Assembly (NCBI GenBank): GCA_951406725.2
Contig: OX597825.1
Span: 42,656,001 to 42,720,000, forward strand
From: Octopus vulgaris
Taxonomy: Eukaryota
DNA: 64,000 nucleotides
Reading direction: 5' to 3'
In this document: one piece after another, positions 50,614 through 64,000 of the stretch
How positions within the stretch are numbered: the stretch's first letter is position 1
Layout: every line of letters starts with the position of its first letter
Made by a program: the position numbers and the translations under genes
The notes under the pieces: generated by a model
The model's input: only the letters and a program-made list of their open reading frames with translations
The model's database searches: none
Told to the model about the DNA's origin: nothing

Positions 50614-53600
50614 GAGTGGCATCAATGACTTTTGAGGTTTGTCATGCAATAAATATTTATTGGTTGGGCTGAGTCCGTTTTTTAAATTTTTTAATTAAGA
50701 GAGCCAAATTAGTTTTGTTATCTGGTCAAGGGGGTTACTGTTTTAATGTGTTTAAAACTTTTTTAAAGAGCTGTATGAAAAACTTATTATTTACATACCT
50801 CTTTAATAAATTAATTCAGTTCTTTAATCTTTCAGAACAAATATATTTATTAAATTTTCACAGAAACCTGTTTTAATCAAGTGGAGTAAATCGTTTTTCA
50901 ATTGACACAAGAACCAACCCTGAAAGTCTTTTCTCTTCTGCTGTATTTCTTTGGTAAGCTTTACTCGTTAGCATTTAAACTGGCCATATCCAGCCAAAAT
51001 ATTTCACCTGTTTTACATTCAAACTGGCCAGATTAAGGCTCCCACACTTATCCTACAATGTTATTTTAAAAATAAACAATCACATGATCAAAATCTCAAA
51101 GATACAAGATAATCACGACTAATTCAAAACAATGTGAATAAATAAGCATTACATTTGATAGAATAATCTGAATGCTAAAGGGTTACTTCTCTTCAATGTA
51201 GAAAAGATTGCACTACAGAGGCAGATGTAGGCAGAATTATCATCGGATTGTAGAAATTGAAGAGTTTTGGCATAGCTTCAGTGAGATCATTGATGTAAAT
51301 GTAATGCATTAAAGTACAAACACTCCGCATTTTAAAATCTTGCATAGAATACACAATATTTAGTTCACTCTGTAATCGAATTGTATCAAAAAACTACCGT
51401 TAGTGGTTTTTTAAAGAATTTAAAATAACCACTGAAAACTTTTTGCAATATTCCTTATCTTCACTAAAATTGAAGATTTCCATAAATTTAATTTCGATTG
51501 CTGCATTGATTCCATATTTTCCCCCTAACATAAAATATTGTTATATATATAATCATAAAATATTGAGTTTATTTTTGAACACAGTTCCAATTTTTATTTT
51601 TTGTTCTTACAATACACTATGTCACGACGTTTAGTCTGAAGAATGTTTAAATAAGAAATCAGTGAAAGAAAATATGTTACTAAATACTTCTAATAGAAAT
51701 AAGAAATTGGGAGCTTTTAAATTATGTAAGAATCCAATAGCAGAATTTATTGTGGGCTCATCCCATGTTTCAGGATTTTCAATGATGTCTTCGGAAAGGC
51801 TGATTATAAAATGACAATTTTCTTCTGAAATAATAAGACATAAGGAGTATTTCCATCTAGTTGCTGTAGCTTTGGGAAATATAACTATGCTGACTAATGC
51901 ATGCACCCTTTCAGTTGATTTCATTAAAAAATTACCCAGTCCATTTATTGTAGAGGAGAATATATTGCATTCCTTTATAGCCGAGCATGCTTATGAAAAA
52001 ACTAAATTCAGGACATGAGCACAACAACGAACAAAGATCACACATTCTTATTCCATCCTTATCTTTGACTGCAACCTGTTTAATTGTCCTGAAATTGTAG
52101 TGGCACCATCATAAGTTTGTGCAATTAATTTTTTTTCCACACTTCCTCATTCCAATGCATTTAAAAACCTATTTAGATAAACCATTTGCTGAACGATCTG
52201 TATCAACATTATTAAAACCAATAAATCGTTCTTTAGTAACATAATCTTTTGTAACATAATGGAAAACAGTTGTCAGTTGTGAACACTTAGATACATCAGA
52301 CGTTTCATCTACAAGAATAGAAACAAATTTAACTTGCTTCAGTTCATGTTCTATTTTATTCAATATGGCCTTTTGAACTGCATCAATCAAATAATTTTGA
52401 ATTCTGTTTGAGAGACCCAAGAACACAGAACCTATATCAAAAGGGCTTGCCAATTTTTTGTCATATTTACTGGATTAAATATAATAGTTCTTTATAATTT
52501 CCATGATTATTGGGCTGTTTTGATTCAAAATGACTCCAAAATAATAATTCCTGGTGACCGAGAAAAATAATTGCATCAATCAATTACTGAGGAATGGATC
52601 TGTTGCATCTAACTTCTTCATTATACTCTTGTATTCTCAGTTTTTTTATATGGATCTAATTGTAAGTCTATGCAAACATTCAAAAATGTTTTAAGATCTA
52701 TCAAAGATTTTATATGCCTTTGAGAATGTTCAGGTTTTAGCATAACCATATGTAGATTATTTAAATCATCGCAACCTTTATCACTCCAAACAGGTTTTTT
52801 GAAACTAAATTACAAGCATGGCCAGCAGAATAATTTATTTAGCTTAGCACCTCCAGTTAACCATTTTTTTCTTTCATGTAGATTGATCTGAAATTACTGA
52901 ATACATTTCTTGTTGTAACTTCACGAATTAGGTAATTTCAACATTTGCCTGCTATCGTTTATAATTATTTGTTGCCTTTTTTTTTTTTTCTTTGAAAAAC
53001 TATTTTTCAAAAGTGGTAGTCTTATAGGAAGCTGTATATATTGTGGTAGAGACAGAGAATGAAAGAGATTTACTGCTCAGCATGAGATAATCGTTTCTAA
53101 GCATATTCATCTTTTGTCTTCAGTGGAGAAATTTTTTTTTACAAAGAGTGAAAAGATTAAGAAGAGCATACATCTTATTGCATCTAATTCTTTTATTAGT
53201 ATTCTTTATCATTATCATAGTAGCCATATATGATATCATTTCAATCTCGTTTGGAATCTTTTTTCAAATGTTCTATAACATGCATATGAGCCATTTGGAC
53301 TAATATTTCAAAAGTTCAAATGATATTTTTTAAAAGAAATGTGTGTATGTGTCTGGCGGTGAGTTGTGTGTGTGTGTACGTACGTACGTGCATGCGTGCG
53401 TGAGTGTGTATGTGTGCAAGTGTGTAAATTGAGAATCAATTTGAATAAAACAGAAGATATTCTTAATAAAGCAGCAAAGTAACAACAGATTCCCAATCAA
53501 AACCGAGAATTTCCAACCTATGTGGGACAGAGATTCCAGAAATCCAGCAATGTATCAATGAACATTAAAAATCAAAGAGAATGTGATTTTGTTCCACTGG

Positions 53601-54093
53601 AAAAATTTGGTTCTAGCAGTCTGAATGACAGAAATGATTTGACTGACAAAGAATTTTGAAAGAGTTGGAATTGTTTCTCTTTTTAAATTTAGTGCTTTTT
53701 GATAGAGGTCAAATGGTCAAGTCTTTTCAACTATCTGGTCAGTCTCTAGTTACATCAATTATAAAGAACTGGCTGAGCATAGAGAGATGTATTGACAGAT
53801 AGAGAGAGGATACCAAAGACAGAATCTTCATGAATTTTTAGGACTGCATGACTTTGAAGCTATTTTTAATAGGTGGGAATTGCGGTCAGAACAGAGCTGT
53901 CTTCAATGATCAAAGTAATGTTATATTAATATTGCATCTGATGGTCTTCTTTGAAACATATTAATGACTTAGTTTCATTTTCAATGATTTTGACAACTTT
54001 TCAACATAGTTACAAATAAATTTATTTTTGACTTAAATAAAAAATAAACAGCTATGCAATGCAAGACTTGCATAGCTGGAGCACATGCCACTG
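50614..54093 (-). mobile_element. hAT transposon (ZMYM1/DUF4371-like transposase), decayed, splitting a SINE
   Basis: SNRIQNYLIDAV..FVSILVDETSDVSKCSQL..ERFIGF and KATATRW. Termini gagtggcat / atgccactg. SINE halves at 50385-50613 and 54094-54212. Confidence 0.8.
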
Positions 54094-55559
54094 ATATATA
54101 TATTTATATATGTGACTGGCCTCTTTCAGTTTCTATCTTCCAAATCTACTCACAAGGCTTTGGTTGACCTGATGGTTGGGAAGCTGACTTCCTACCACAG
54201 TCATACCTGCACCATGTTTTGTGTTTTGTACCACAATTCTCCTTCATTATTTTCATATTCATGGTTAAAATTGGACACATCATGAGTACAGTGTATCTGT
54301 GCTGCATCTTTATTTCTAACTGATGATAGAATTTGAACCCCAACCACAAAGTTATCAGTTCATGGTCATGAGTGAGCTACAATGTAGACAACCTTAAAAT
54401 TGACCAATCAGCTTGAACCTATGCTATGAACATCATCTTAAATGTACTTGAGATTTGCACACTTTTTCCCTAGTTAAGTAATTGGGTACCTAAATTATGA
54501 CAGAGCACTGTTGGCATTCAAGCAAAAAAGATCTCAGCTCTCACCCAACAGGCTTTAACAATTTGTGGTGGACTTGTATCTTTTATTTTTCACTTTTCCA
54601 GATAACTAATGGCTATGCGAATGCAGTTCAATCAATTCCTACATACTATTCTGAGACTGTGACAAGTTATGTATCATATATGCATAATTTTCTATCAATA
54701 AAATCTGTAAAGTGTTTGCAGGTTTGTTTATGTTGTACTACATGAAGTCAGCCTAATCTTACTTTCAATTAATTAAAACACAGCATCAGTCTTTCTCATG
54801 ACAATTCCACCCAGCAAAAATGGTGACTTAACATAGAAAGGCCTACAATGACAATCCACATGGCAAAGGTTTCAGGCAAACACAATAACAGCAGCTCAGA
54901 ACAAATTCAATGCAGCTTGAGAGTTTAAATGCCAAAATTTATAAAAGACAAAAACACAACACTACCCTCCATGCAAACAACAATCCCCACTGAAATTGTT
55001 TTCTTCTTTTTCATGGCTGGATTAGGAGGCTACTATTTTCTTTATTGCATTCTTATTTTTAATAACTTCAATGTGGCTTAAAGCCATAAAAATACAGCAA
55101 ACATGGAAATATATAATGGCAACAGACATAAAAATGAATTGGTTAGCTTTATTTTATGCTTGCAGAACCTGGAGTAGAAATTTAATTAAGATTCAATTTA
55201 TAATTACATTTTATACCTTTCAAACAGAAACCATCATTAAATCCTGCAAAATTGCACAGATCATAATCTGTAGTGAATAAATCTTCATAACCAACAAAAT
55301 ATATGATACTCTCATAAGGATTATCTACACCTTTGCTATCCATAGTTAGAAGGAAACAAATCCTCAGCCATGTTGTCATCCCATAGATAATTATCTCCTG
55401 CACCATCCTATGTATTTGTAATTCTAGTTTTAATTGATTTGACAATAACATCAGCTTTGATTCCATTCCATGAATCAATGATCCATTCACAGATCAAAAG
55501 CAGTGTAGTTTGCATATTGCCTTATACATCTAGTTATAGCATCTAATTCTCATCATGTC

Positions 55560-57250
55560 ATTAAATAACTTTCAGTACCCAAGGTCAATAAACCATCAAC
55601 AATAAAAATGGATGTCTCAGAATCTGCACTTGATGCCACTCTCAGTCAGAATCAAAGACCTGTAGCATTTCTCGCTCAGGCTTTGTCAGCATCAAAAAGA
55701 AAACAGTCCATTATTGAATTAGACACTGAAGCCATCAAGGAGGCCACTCAACAATATAGTGCCCTGCTTAACTCTGTACAGTCATATACCATCAATACAG
55801 ATCAAAGGTCAGTGTCATGTCTGTTCTCAACAGAGCATTGGTTGCAAATTAAAAGCAACAAGCTTTCTCAATGGTGACTACAATCAACTGAGTTTAGAAT
55901 TGACATAAGTTACCACCCAGGCTTACAAAATACCATTGCTGATTCAGTGTTGATGTAATGGCAGAGTAAGACCTGACTTACATCAGAAATGTACACAACT
56001 GATTGCATCATCCTGGCTCTACATGATCATGCGATGACTGTTGAAGTCACAATCTCACATTCTCCTTGTCAGAGATCCACTCTGTAGCTGACAACTGCAC
56101 TGTTTGCAAGGAAATTAAGCCCGGCTTTCATAAACCACCAAAAAGTCATCTTATCTATATAATTCACCCACTGGAACATCCCTCAGTAGATTTTGTTGGG
56201 CTTTTGCCTACAAACTTACCTAATCTGTATTTTTTAGTCATAATAGATGAACATTCAAGTTATCTATTCCCCTTTGCCTGCAAGGGTATGTCATCAGATA
56301 CAGTGATAGATCATCTGTATTGCTATTTGCCATGTTCGGGTCACCCTTTTGTCAACACTCGGATTGTGGGACACAATTTGAATGGTAAAATGTAAAGAGT
56401 TTCTGAGAAGAAATGGCATAAATAGGATGTGTACAACAACATACTTACTCCAAAGCAACGGTCAGTGTGAACAAACTAACAAGAATTTACAACAAGCTAT
56501 TAAACTAGTTCTTTAAAATTTCATTTGGGACTCAAAACATTGCAAAGTTGATTTACCTATTGCATTTTATTTTTTTGGTGTTTGCTACAAACCAGACTCC
56601 GCATGAATGATTCTTGAGCTTTCCAAGACAAACTATCATTGGTCGAATGTTTTCTACAACAAGAGGAGAGTACTGTTCTTCATCATTGTCACATTCTGAG
56701 GAAAGAAAAAGTTTGGATTGAGAAGGTAACTCTCAAAGAATCTATCTCACCTCAATTTGCCAGAGTGGAGTTCAATGATGGCCACACAGACACAGTCTCA
56801 ACCCAGCATCTAGTTACATTTATAAAGGGTTTGGATCCAGAATTCTTAGCATCATTGCTTCTCAGTTATCACTTCCAGCTATGAAGAATTGGACTGACAA
56901 AAAGACAGTCAACGATGCATGTCAGAGAACCTACCGGATTGTAATGGAAGCAGAGCATGAATTGCAAGTGAAGCAAAAGGACCTCATCAACCAGCCTTAG
57001 CTGAAACTAGTGCTACTGATGGCAACTCAACCTCCCAGGCGGACAGACAAATATGCAAAACCAAATATTTATGGGGTTATAGCATGGATGAGCAGATCTT
57101 TTTGCTGGTGGAAAAGACTGTCATATGTTTGTTTTACTACTATATTGGCAGTTCTCATGAGATTTCCTTGAGAAACAATATAACAATGTTAATGGTTGAA
57201 TAAAAGCTCAGATTTTTGCAACCGATTGGGATGTCCAAGAGTTAACAATC
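55560..57250 (+). mobile_element. Gypsy remnant (RNase H, integrase, putative PPT/LTR start)
   Basis: DVSESALDATLSQNQRPVAF..INTDQRSV, CTVCKEIKP..SVDFVG..IIDEHS, SNGQCE; purine run before TGTCATATG at 57119. Confidence 0.75.
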
Positions 57251-60200
57251 AGTTATATTCTATTCTTATGATTCATTTCTCATAGTCGTCTGTAAAATTT
57301 GAAACAGCAAACTCAAAGTAACAAATTATAAAGTTTTCAGTTTCTAATAAACCATTTAACTCTACTTGCAATTTTGAATCTCTTTTTTTCCTCTTGTTCA
57401 CTCTTAAATGTTTACATATATTTACTCACATACATGTGTGTGTAATACATATATGTACGTGTGTGTGTTTGCTTCTGTCTGTGTGTGTGTGTGTTTGTGC
57501 AGGCAATGCATGTGTTTATATGTGTGTGTAAATACTAATAAATGACTGAGAATAAAGAAAATCCTAAAAGACAAATCTATTTACATAAAAGCCATGCAAT
57601 TTGAGAGAAACAATCAAAAAGGCAATGTTCCTCGCTTGAGATATTTTCAAGAACTTTCCTGTTTAGTGATCATAGGAAATATAAACAAACAATTAGATAT
57701 AAAGATATAAAGGAAAAAATACAGCGATAAATTAAAAAGTAAACTCAGAAAAACATAAGAATAACAAAGTCAGAAATAAAAAAAATTATTGAAAAATAAA
57801 ACATTAAATTTAAGATTGAAAATCAAATTTAAAAAGACATACCATTGTTTATCCAAAAATTTTCACCCTGACTTGATATATATTTGGTTGTAGTCATTTT
57901 TTAGCCTCAGGTTCACTCGAATCCACTTGATTTATATTGTAAGCCATTCCAATCATAACCATCTCACCATTTTATTAAAAAACAGTGGATCTAGAATTCC
58001 TTTGATTTCGTTTTTTTCTAAAAAGTGATCAACTCTGGCAAATATAATTTTTACATTGCCATTTCGTATTTTTGGGAAGGTGTTCATTGTAAGATTTTAG
58101 AGGTTTTTTTCTTATAAAGGTGAGTGTGAAATATTCGTGTAGTTCATTTCTATATATCTCTGTCTAGCAATCTGTTACTGGGATGATCATAAAAATATCA
58201 AAAGAATTTTGTAATTAATTTCCTTTGAAGTCATAATAAATAAGGAGCAATTAACATTGAGTAAGTCCCTTACCATCATAATATCATGTTATTACAGAAG
58301 AGGTTAGGCATTCAACTTCTTTGTAGGCCATCCTTATTGCCCTTTTTGAAAGTTTTCTGCGTAATTTAATATAAATTTCTTTGCATTTCCTTGAGCCAAA
58401 ATACCATGTTTTATACATGGCTGAACATTATAAACATAAAAGGTTATCAGCCTTATGCACTGAAAGTAATTGACCATATGCAATCAGAGTGATGCACAGA
58501 AAAGTAACCCAGGTTCTGTAGCATAGTGCAAAAACAGAAATAAATTTACACACAAGAAAAAAAAAACACCCAGCCTTTTGTTTGCAAGTGTCATTGTGTT
58601 GATTTGACCAAAAATGTAGGCTTTTAATTGCTGTGCACAGTTTTTTTCAGCATCGATTGGTATGACCTCCTGCTTTATGTGAGACTGCTGTGTCAATTGA
58701 TGGGTTGACTTCTTTGAAATTCAGGCAATCCTTTAGTGAATGTCCTGAATAACTTCCAATCTTTGAATTGCAGGGTCTTTTTGTTTGGGGTGTTGTGCAC
58801 TGACCCCATAGTACCCCACTTCTTAACCAACATTTATATCATTTTGTTTGCTGATAAGCCTTGACTGAAAATTTCACATGTTTGCTTGACAAAAGTGTTC
58901 TCACATACACTTCCACAATCCTCACTCTTTCCACTAATGAGTATGTCATCATGCAAAAAAAGCTAGAAATGTTCATTCAATGCATTCTTACAATCAACTA
59001 ATGTGGTGAGGGTACAATGAGGATAATATAGCAAACAGTTGACTTGTATGTCATCTTTCTTCAGCAGTTACAATAGTTGAAATAACACAATGACACAAAG
59101 GAAAGGTTGGGTTCTTTTTCATGTGTATAAATTTCTTTCTCTACTTACACTATGCTACAAAGCCCAGGTTACTTTTTGTGTGCTATCCTGTACATATATA
59201 TTTATTAACATTTGAACCTTCAAGTTAAATTGCCATAGTATGTCCACTTAAGATTTTCATTTATTTATACAAATAGGAAGGGGTGACGTGTATTTCTGAA
59301 TACAGAAAAAGGTTCATCAATAATGCAGATACAAATCTACACATTCTTACTTAATTGTGTGTGTGTGTGTGTGTGTGTGTAAACCACTTTGTTGAAAGAA
59401 TGTGCACCTGAGTTATCCACCCAAATGAAATGATCATGCTTTTAATTTGTTTTTGTCATCCTACAAGATTTTTGCTTTCATCAACCCCTTTTAATGGTAG
59501 TTATGCTAAATTATAAGCATTTGTTTATACGCAGAAAAAATTGGAAAATTGTATGTTACCCACAAACTGTTTACAAAGCAAAACCAGCCAATGGAGGGTT
59601 TGAACAAGCCAATAAACTTACAAACGTAACTGAAATAATATGTAAGTGTATAAATACTTTGTTGATATACTGTGTAATGTTTTGTAATGCAAATATATCA
59701 GTAAGAAGGCACTAAAAGCATAGATGTATTAGCCTTTGGGTTACTTATTAGATAGATAATCAGATAGATAATTGGAGAGATACTAAAACTTGTAGCATAT
59801 CTATAAATACATGCTCATACGTTCATATATAGGTTTGTATATATGTGTATGTTGGGATCATTTTCCCTTGAAACATTAAATAAATTTATTTTGATGTACA
59901 ATTCATATATTATCAATTAGTAATTAATTTAAAACCAAGCCAAATAAGTAGGAGGCAAATAGTACACATAACCTCCAGTTTACTGCTAATTCACATCCAT
60001 ATTTGCTTTCTATTCTAGAATACATGATTCTAGAGCAGAATTCTTGTATGGATGATGGCCTAGCTCCTTAAACATCCTCGTGTAGATTGTCACCAAAAGC
60101 TGTCTACAATGGATATTTTTCTAACTCTCTAAACATCATTATCTAGGATGAATATTTACCTAGTTCCATAAACACCTACAGCAAGTACATGTACAGGACA

Positions 60201-60855
60201 TTGTTACTATTGCATCATTCTGATGAGACAAGGAAGTTCATGAATCCGTAATGAACTAATTTAGGATCACTACTGTTCCAAACTAAAAGAAATTTGAAAA
60301 TTGCTGAATTAAACACAAACATAGTCATTTCTTGCATATAACACATGCATGTGTTCGCATGTATATGCATGAACACACATACGCACATTTACATTGGTAG
60401 CAGAAATGTTCATAAGCAGTTACATTAAGATCCATCTTCCAATCTAAGAATGATTTCAAAAACTGGGACACTATGAAGGAATATAAAAGACATCCAATGG
60501 ATATGTTTCAACTTCATTACAAGTGCTGATTGAATAATTTGGAATAAAAGCTTTGACTGGTGACAATGTAACAAGTATTTGAAAATACAAGGTTAACAAA
60601 CTAGATAATAGAGGAAAAAATAAAATATGTGTGTTAAATATATGGAATTATATGAAAACGAAGTATATATAAGAAAATATCAAATATATATCTATTACAA
60701 TTGTGCATGGTTAAAAAATAACCTGTTGCAGGAAAATTTTAGATAAATTTTCAAAAAAGGAGAGGATAAAGTTTATATTATTCTAAATATACAGAATATG
60801 CATAATAAACATTTGTTTAGTGGTACATAATTGGAAAGCAAGTATTTTGAGGCAT

Positions 60856-61212
60856 ACAGTTCTATATTTAAGAGATGAGGAATTATGTACATTATTTACC
60901 TTATCTACATTTGATGGATATTTGTCCTCATCTTGTTTGTTGTTAACACAGCATTTCGGCTGATAAACCCTCCAGCCTTCATCAGATGTCTTGGGGAAAT
61001 TTCGAACCTGGGTTCTCATTCCTAAGGTACTTTTTGATGTTGTTGTTGTTATTGTTGTTATTATTATTATCATTATTACTTTGGGAATGAGAACCCAGGT
61101 TTGAATTTTCCCTAAGACACCTGATGAAGGCTGGAGGGTATATCAGCCGAAACATGTTAACAACAAACAACATGAGGACAAATATCCATCAAATATAAAT
61201 AATGTAAATATT
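60856..61212. mobile_element. Head-to-head inverted pair of the hammerhead-bearing repeat (copies D minus, E plus)
   Basis: Minus copy 60856-61038, a (tgt/tat)n spacer, then plus copy 61081-61212 with gacac-CTGATGA-aggctg..cagcc-GAAAC. Confidence 0.88.
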
Positions 61213-64000
61213 TTGAAGCATGTTTACAAAATAGAACATTGTCTGAAAACTTTTGCTTATGTCTTGAAACAAAATTACTAACATCAATTAGACATAATAT
61301 ACTATATGAATTTGAATGAAATCAGCTCTATATATATATGGTAAACATATTCAAGGATTGGGCATTTGATTTTAAAGGTGGTTGGACTTCTTTCTTTTAA
61401 AAACCAAATGTAATTGAGAATTAGCTCCCCACCTTTCATTCTCATTAACAAGCAACAGACATACAATACACTTCGGCCAACTCCACACTGACACATGACT
61501 TCTAAAGCATACATTTAATCCCTCAATGGGGTTCTGAGTATTTTGTATCCTTCAATAGTAACAATGTACTCCAGTACTGCTCATAGCAAGCAAGCATCAT
61601 ATAAGCTGCATGCAACCACTCAAAAAGCTAGAACTCACTATCATGGAAGAGATCTCATATCAAATGCATTGTTCCCATAACTAGGACTGTATTTCAAAGA
61701 CTTGTACTCTTTAGAGCCAGAAGATATCTGTTTCAGGCAATTGCTATCTATCAACAATGTTCATATGCTCATATTAAGCATCCTGGATAAGGTAAAAAAA
61801 AGCCGGCATTCTCTTGTGATTTCTTTCTATAGAATATAGCATTCCTTAGATGTGCAGAGTTTGAAACAAATTAAATTTTAATCATGTTTGTATACTGCCA
61901 AAAATATACTAACAACACATTTTCTTCTCTATTACATTTGTAATCCTACACATTCTCTACATATTTACCAACCAGTTTACACTCTCTACTTGGTGCATTT
62001 TTGTGACACTAGTCCTAGAGTGATAGCCTCCCTCACCATTGGCTGCAGAGGTGGTGTGTTGAGTTCTATTCCAGTATGAGCACAGAAAGTGGGCATGTCT
62101 TGTACGCAGTAAAAATAGTAACCTAAACTGCACAGGCTGAGGAAGGGAACTGGAGAGGGAGCAATAACAGTAGAAAGTCCACAGGTAGGGATTTGAGGGA
62201 AAAGGATAGGCACATGCATCTGCCCGGGTAACCTTGAAGAAGGAAAGAAGAGAGTGTGAAAGAGAGAGAAGAGAGCAGAGCATCTAAAAGGGGTAGGATA
62301 ATGGTGGGGTCAGAAGTATGATGAGAAAATAATTGATAAATTATCAATTTTACATAATAGATGACATCAAGCTTTTTAAGGAAATTTCCTTGAAAAAACA
62401 AAGATTCATTTTGTCAGCCTTGTTTTCATTTGATCATAGTATTCATGGTTCTTTTCTTATAAGGCAGTGTTTTATAGACAGATGCTTTTTATATTGATAA
62501 GTCTTCTTAATCACTTTTTATGACACATGATACAAGGTACTTATTCTAAAACTGAGATAATGTTAGTTTCTGTTTTATAAAATAGTCTTAACCAGTTCTC
62601 ATGTATCTTTCTACCAGGTTAACTTATCTTTCTCAGTTATTCCTATTCAATATTTGTTTTAAGCTGAAAGACCAATGCATTGAAATTGATTCAGACTTTT
62701 ATCCTTCCGTGGTAGATAAAATAAGCATTTTATCTACTATTGAGGTTGATATAATTAATAATACATTCTCAAATATTTAAGACCTTGTATCCAACTTAGA
62801 TAATATATTTTTTCTACTAATTATAATGGCTTTTTGTACTAGATAACTACAAATTATATTCATTAAAATAAAGTTTCCAATCTGTTTAATGTATAATTTC
62901 TAATAATATTTCTAAGTAATTTTAAAATTAGATTATTATTGCTTGAAATTGATATCCGGAAGTTAGAATAGATGCAAGCTAAATAAAAATAGTTACTAAT
63001 GTTGTTGTTGTTATTGCTATTGTGTTTCTTTTAATTTTGTTTCTCTCATATATGTCTGACAGTTAATAAATAATCAAATTTATTAATCAAGCAGTAATTT
63101 TACAATATAAGTAAATAATTAACCTCACGATTTTGATATATGAGACAATACACTAATGATGTTTGTAAGAGTTTCAGTGATAATACTAAGAATATTGTAA
63201 GAATATTGGCGAGTAGCGTAGGCTAAGATTTGCCATTATTTGTGTTTGTACCAAATCCTGCTATTATCTCCAAACCATATAGACAACAAAGAAGTTGGAA
63301 ATCTGGTATTGTTTTGTAAAGGACAAGAAAAAATTGTTGAAAATAATTAGCACAATTCAGTAGTATTTCTGTAACTCCCATTTTGACATTGCCAAAACTT
63401 CTAGTTTTCCTTTATTTGTTAATGGGCATTGTTGTGCCACTATAAGAGACCAATATTTTGCCTTAATTCCACATGATGAAATCTGATTTTTATTACTTCA
63501 AATTGTTGAAACAACTAATGCGTGTTGCCTCAAATCAATCTTCAGAATCAGACAGCTCAAGAGTCTCCTTTAACCACTTTGATTGCAAGTCATTTAATAT
63601 CCTAATCACTAAGGTTGTATTAGTTTAGATTTTCTTTTAATTTTCAGACTAAAAACTTTTGAATATAGTGAATCAGTCTGCAGCTGCCTGATAATTTTTT
63701 CAATTTGCAATAAATGGCCCTTAATACTATTTGTACTCAACCTGTTTTGGTTATATATCTTTTTCAATAATACAAATATCTCTCTTTATTAAACAATCTG
63801 GCAAAACTTCCCTTAATAATCAGAAATCATACTATCTATAATTAGTCAAGATGGGAAATGGAACCTCTATTTCAAACTTAGCCCTTATAAAGATCTTTTG
63901 ATATTGAGTTAATACATTAACTGAGAATATTTCAAAGGTCATGAGCACTGACTCCCTTTCCTTCTGAGTCAACCTGGTGCAAAGAGGTTACTTAGAAAGT

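Noticed and set aside
57843-58190. Minus-strand host exon ending at a GTATGT donor
   Set aside because: The frame is broken by stops and shifts; more likely a decayed LINE next to the RT-like remnant at ~58250-58900.

Overview
AT-rich, repeat-dense eukaryotic DNA. The SINE, RTE-tail and microsatellite repertoire looks like an octopus (coleoid cephalopod) genome, which is my inference. The window is probably intronic or intergenic, and I can support only one short candidate host exon (18071-18133). Most long ORFs belong to transposons, many nested: a Penelope-like RT/GIY-YIG element, an R4/Dong RLE-LINE, a mariner, tandem non-autonomous Helitrons holding an L1/Tx1 that holds a pogo, RTE fragments, a Mag-type Gypsy with an ORF1-only retroelement in its 5' LTR, a hAT and a second Gypsy remnant. 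The best unannotated signal is RNA-level: at least five sequence families of minimal hammerhead-ribozyme motifs. One five-copy family is fused behind a tRNA-like Pol III head at one locus and occurs as Penelope-style head-to-head inverted pairs, suggesting a ribozyme-bearing SINE that may be mobilised by Penelope-like elements. All calls were made by eye; no searches were run.
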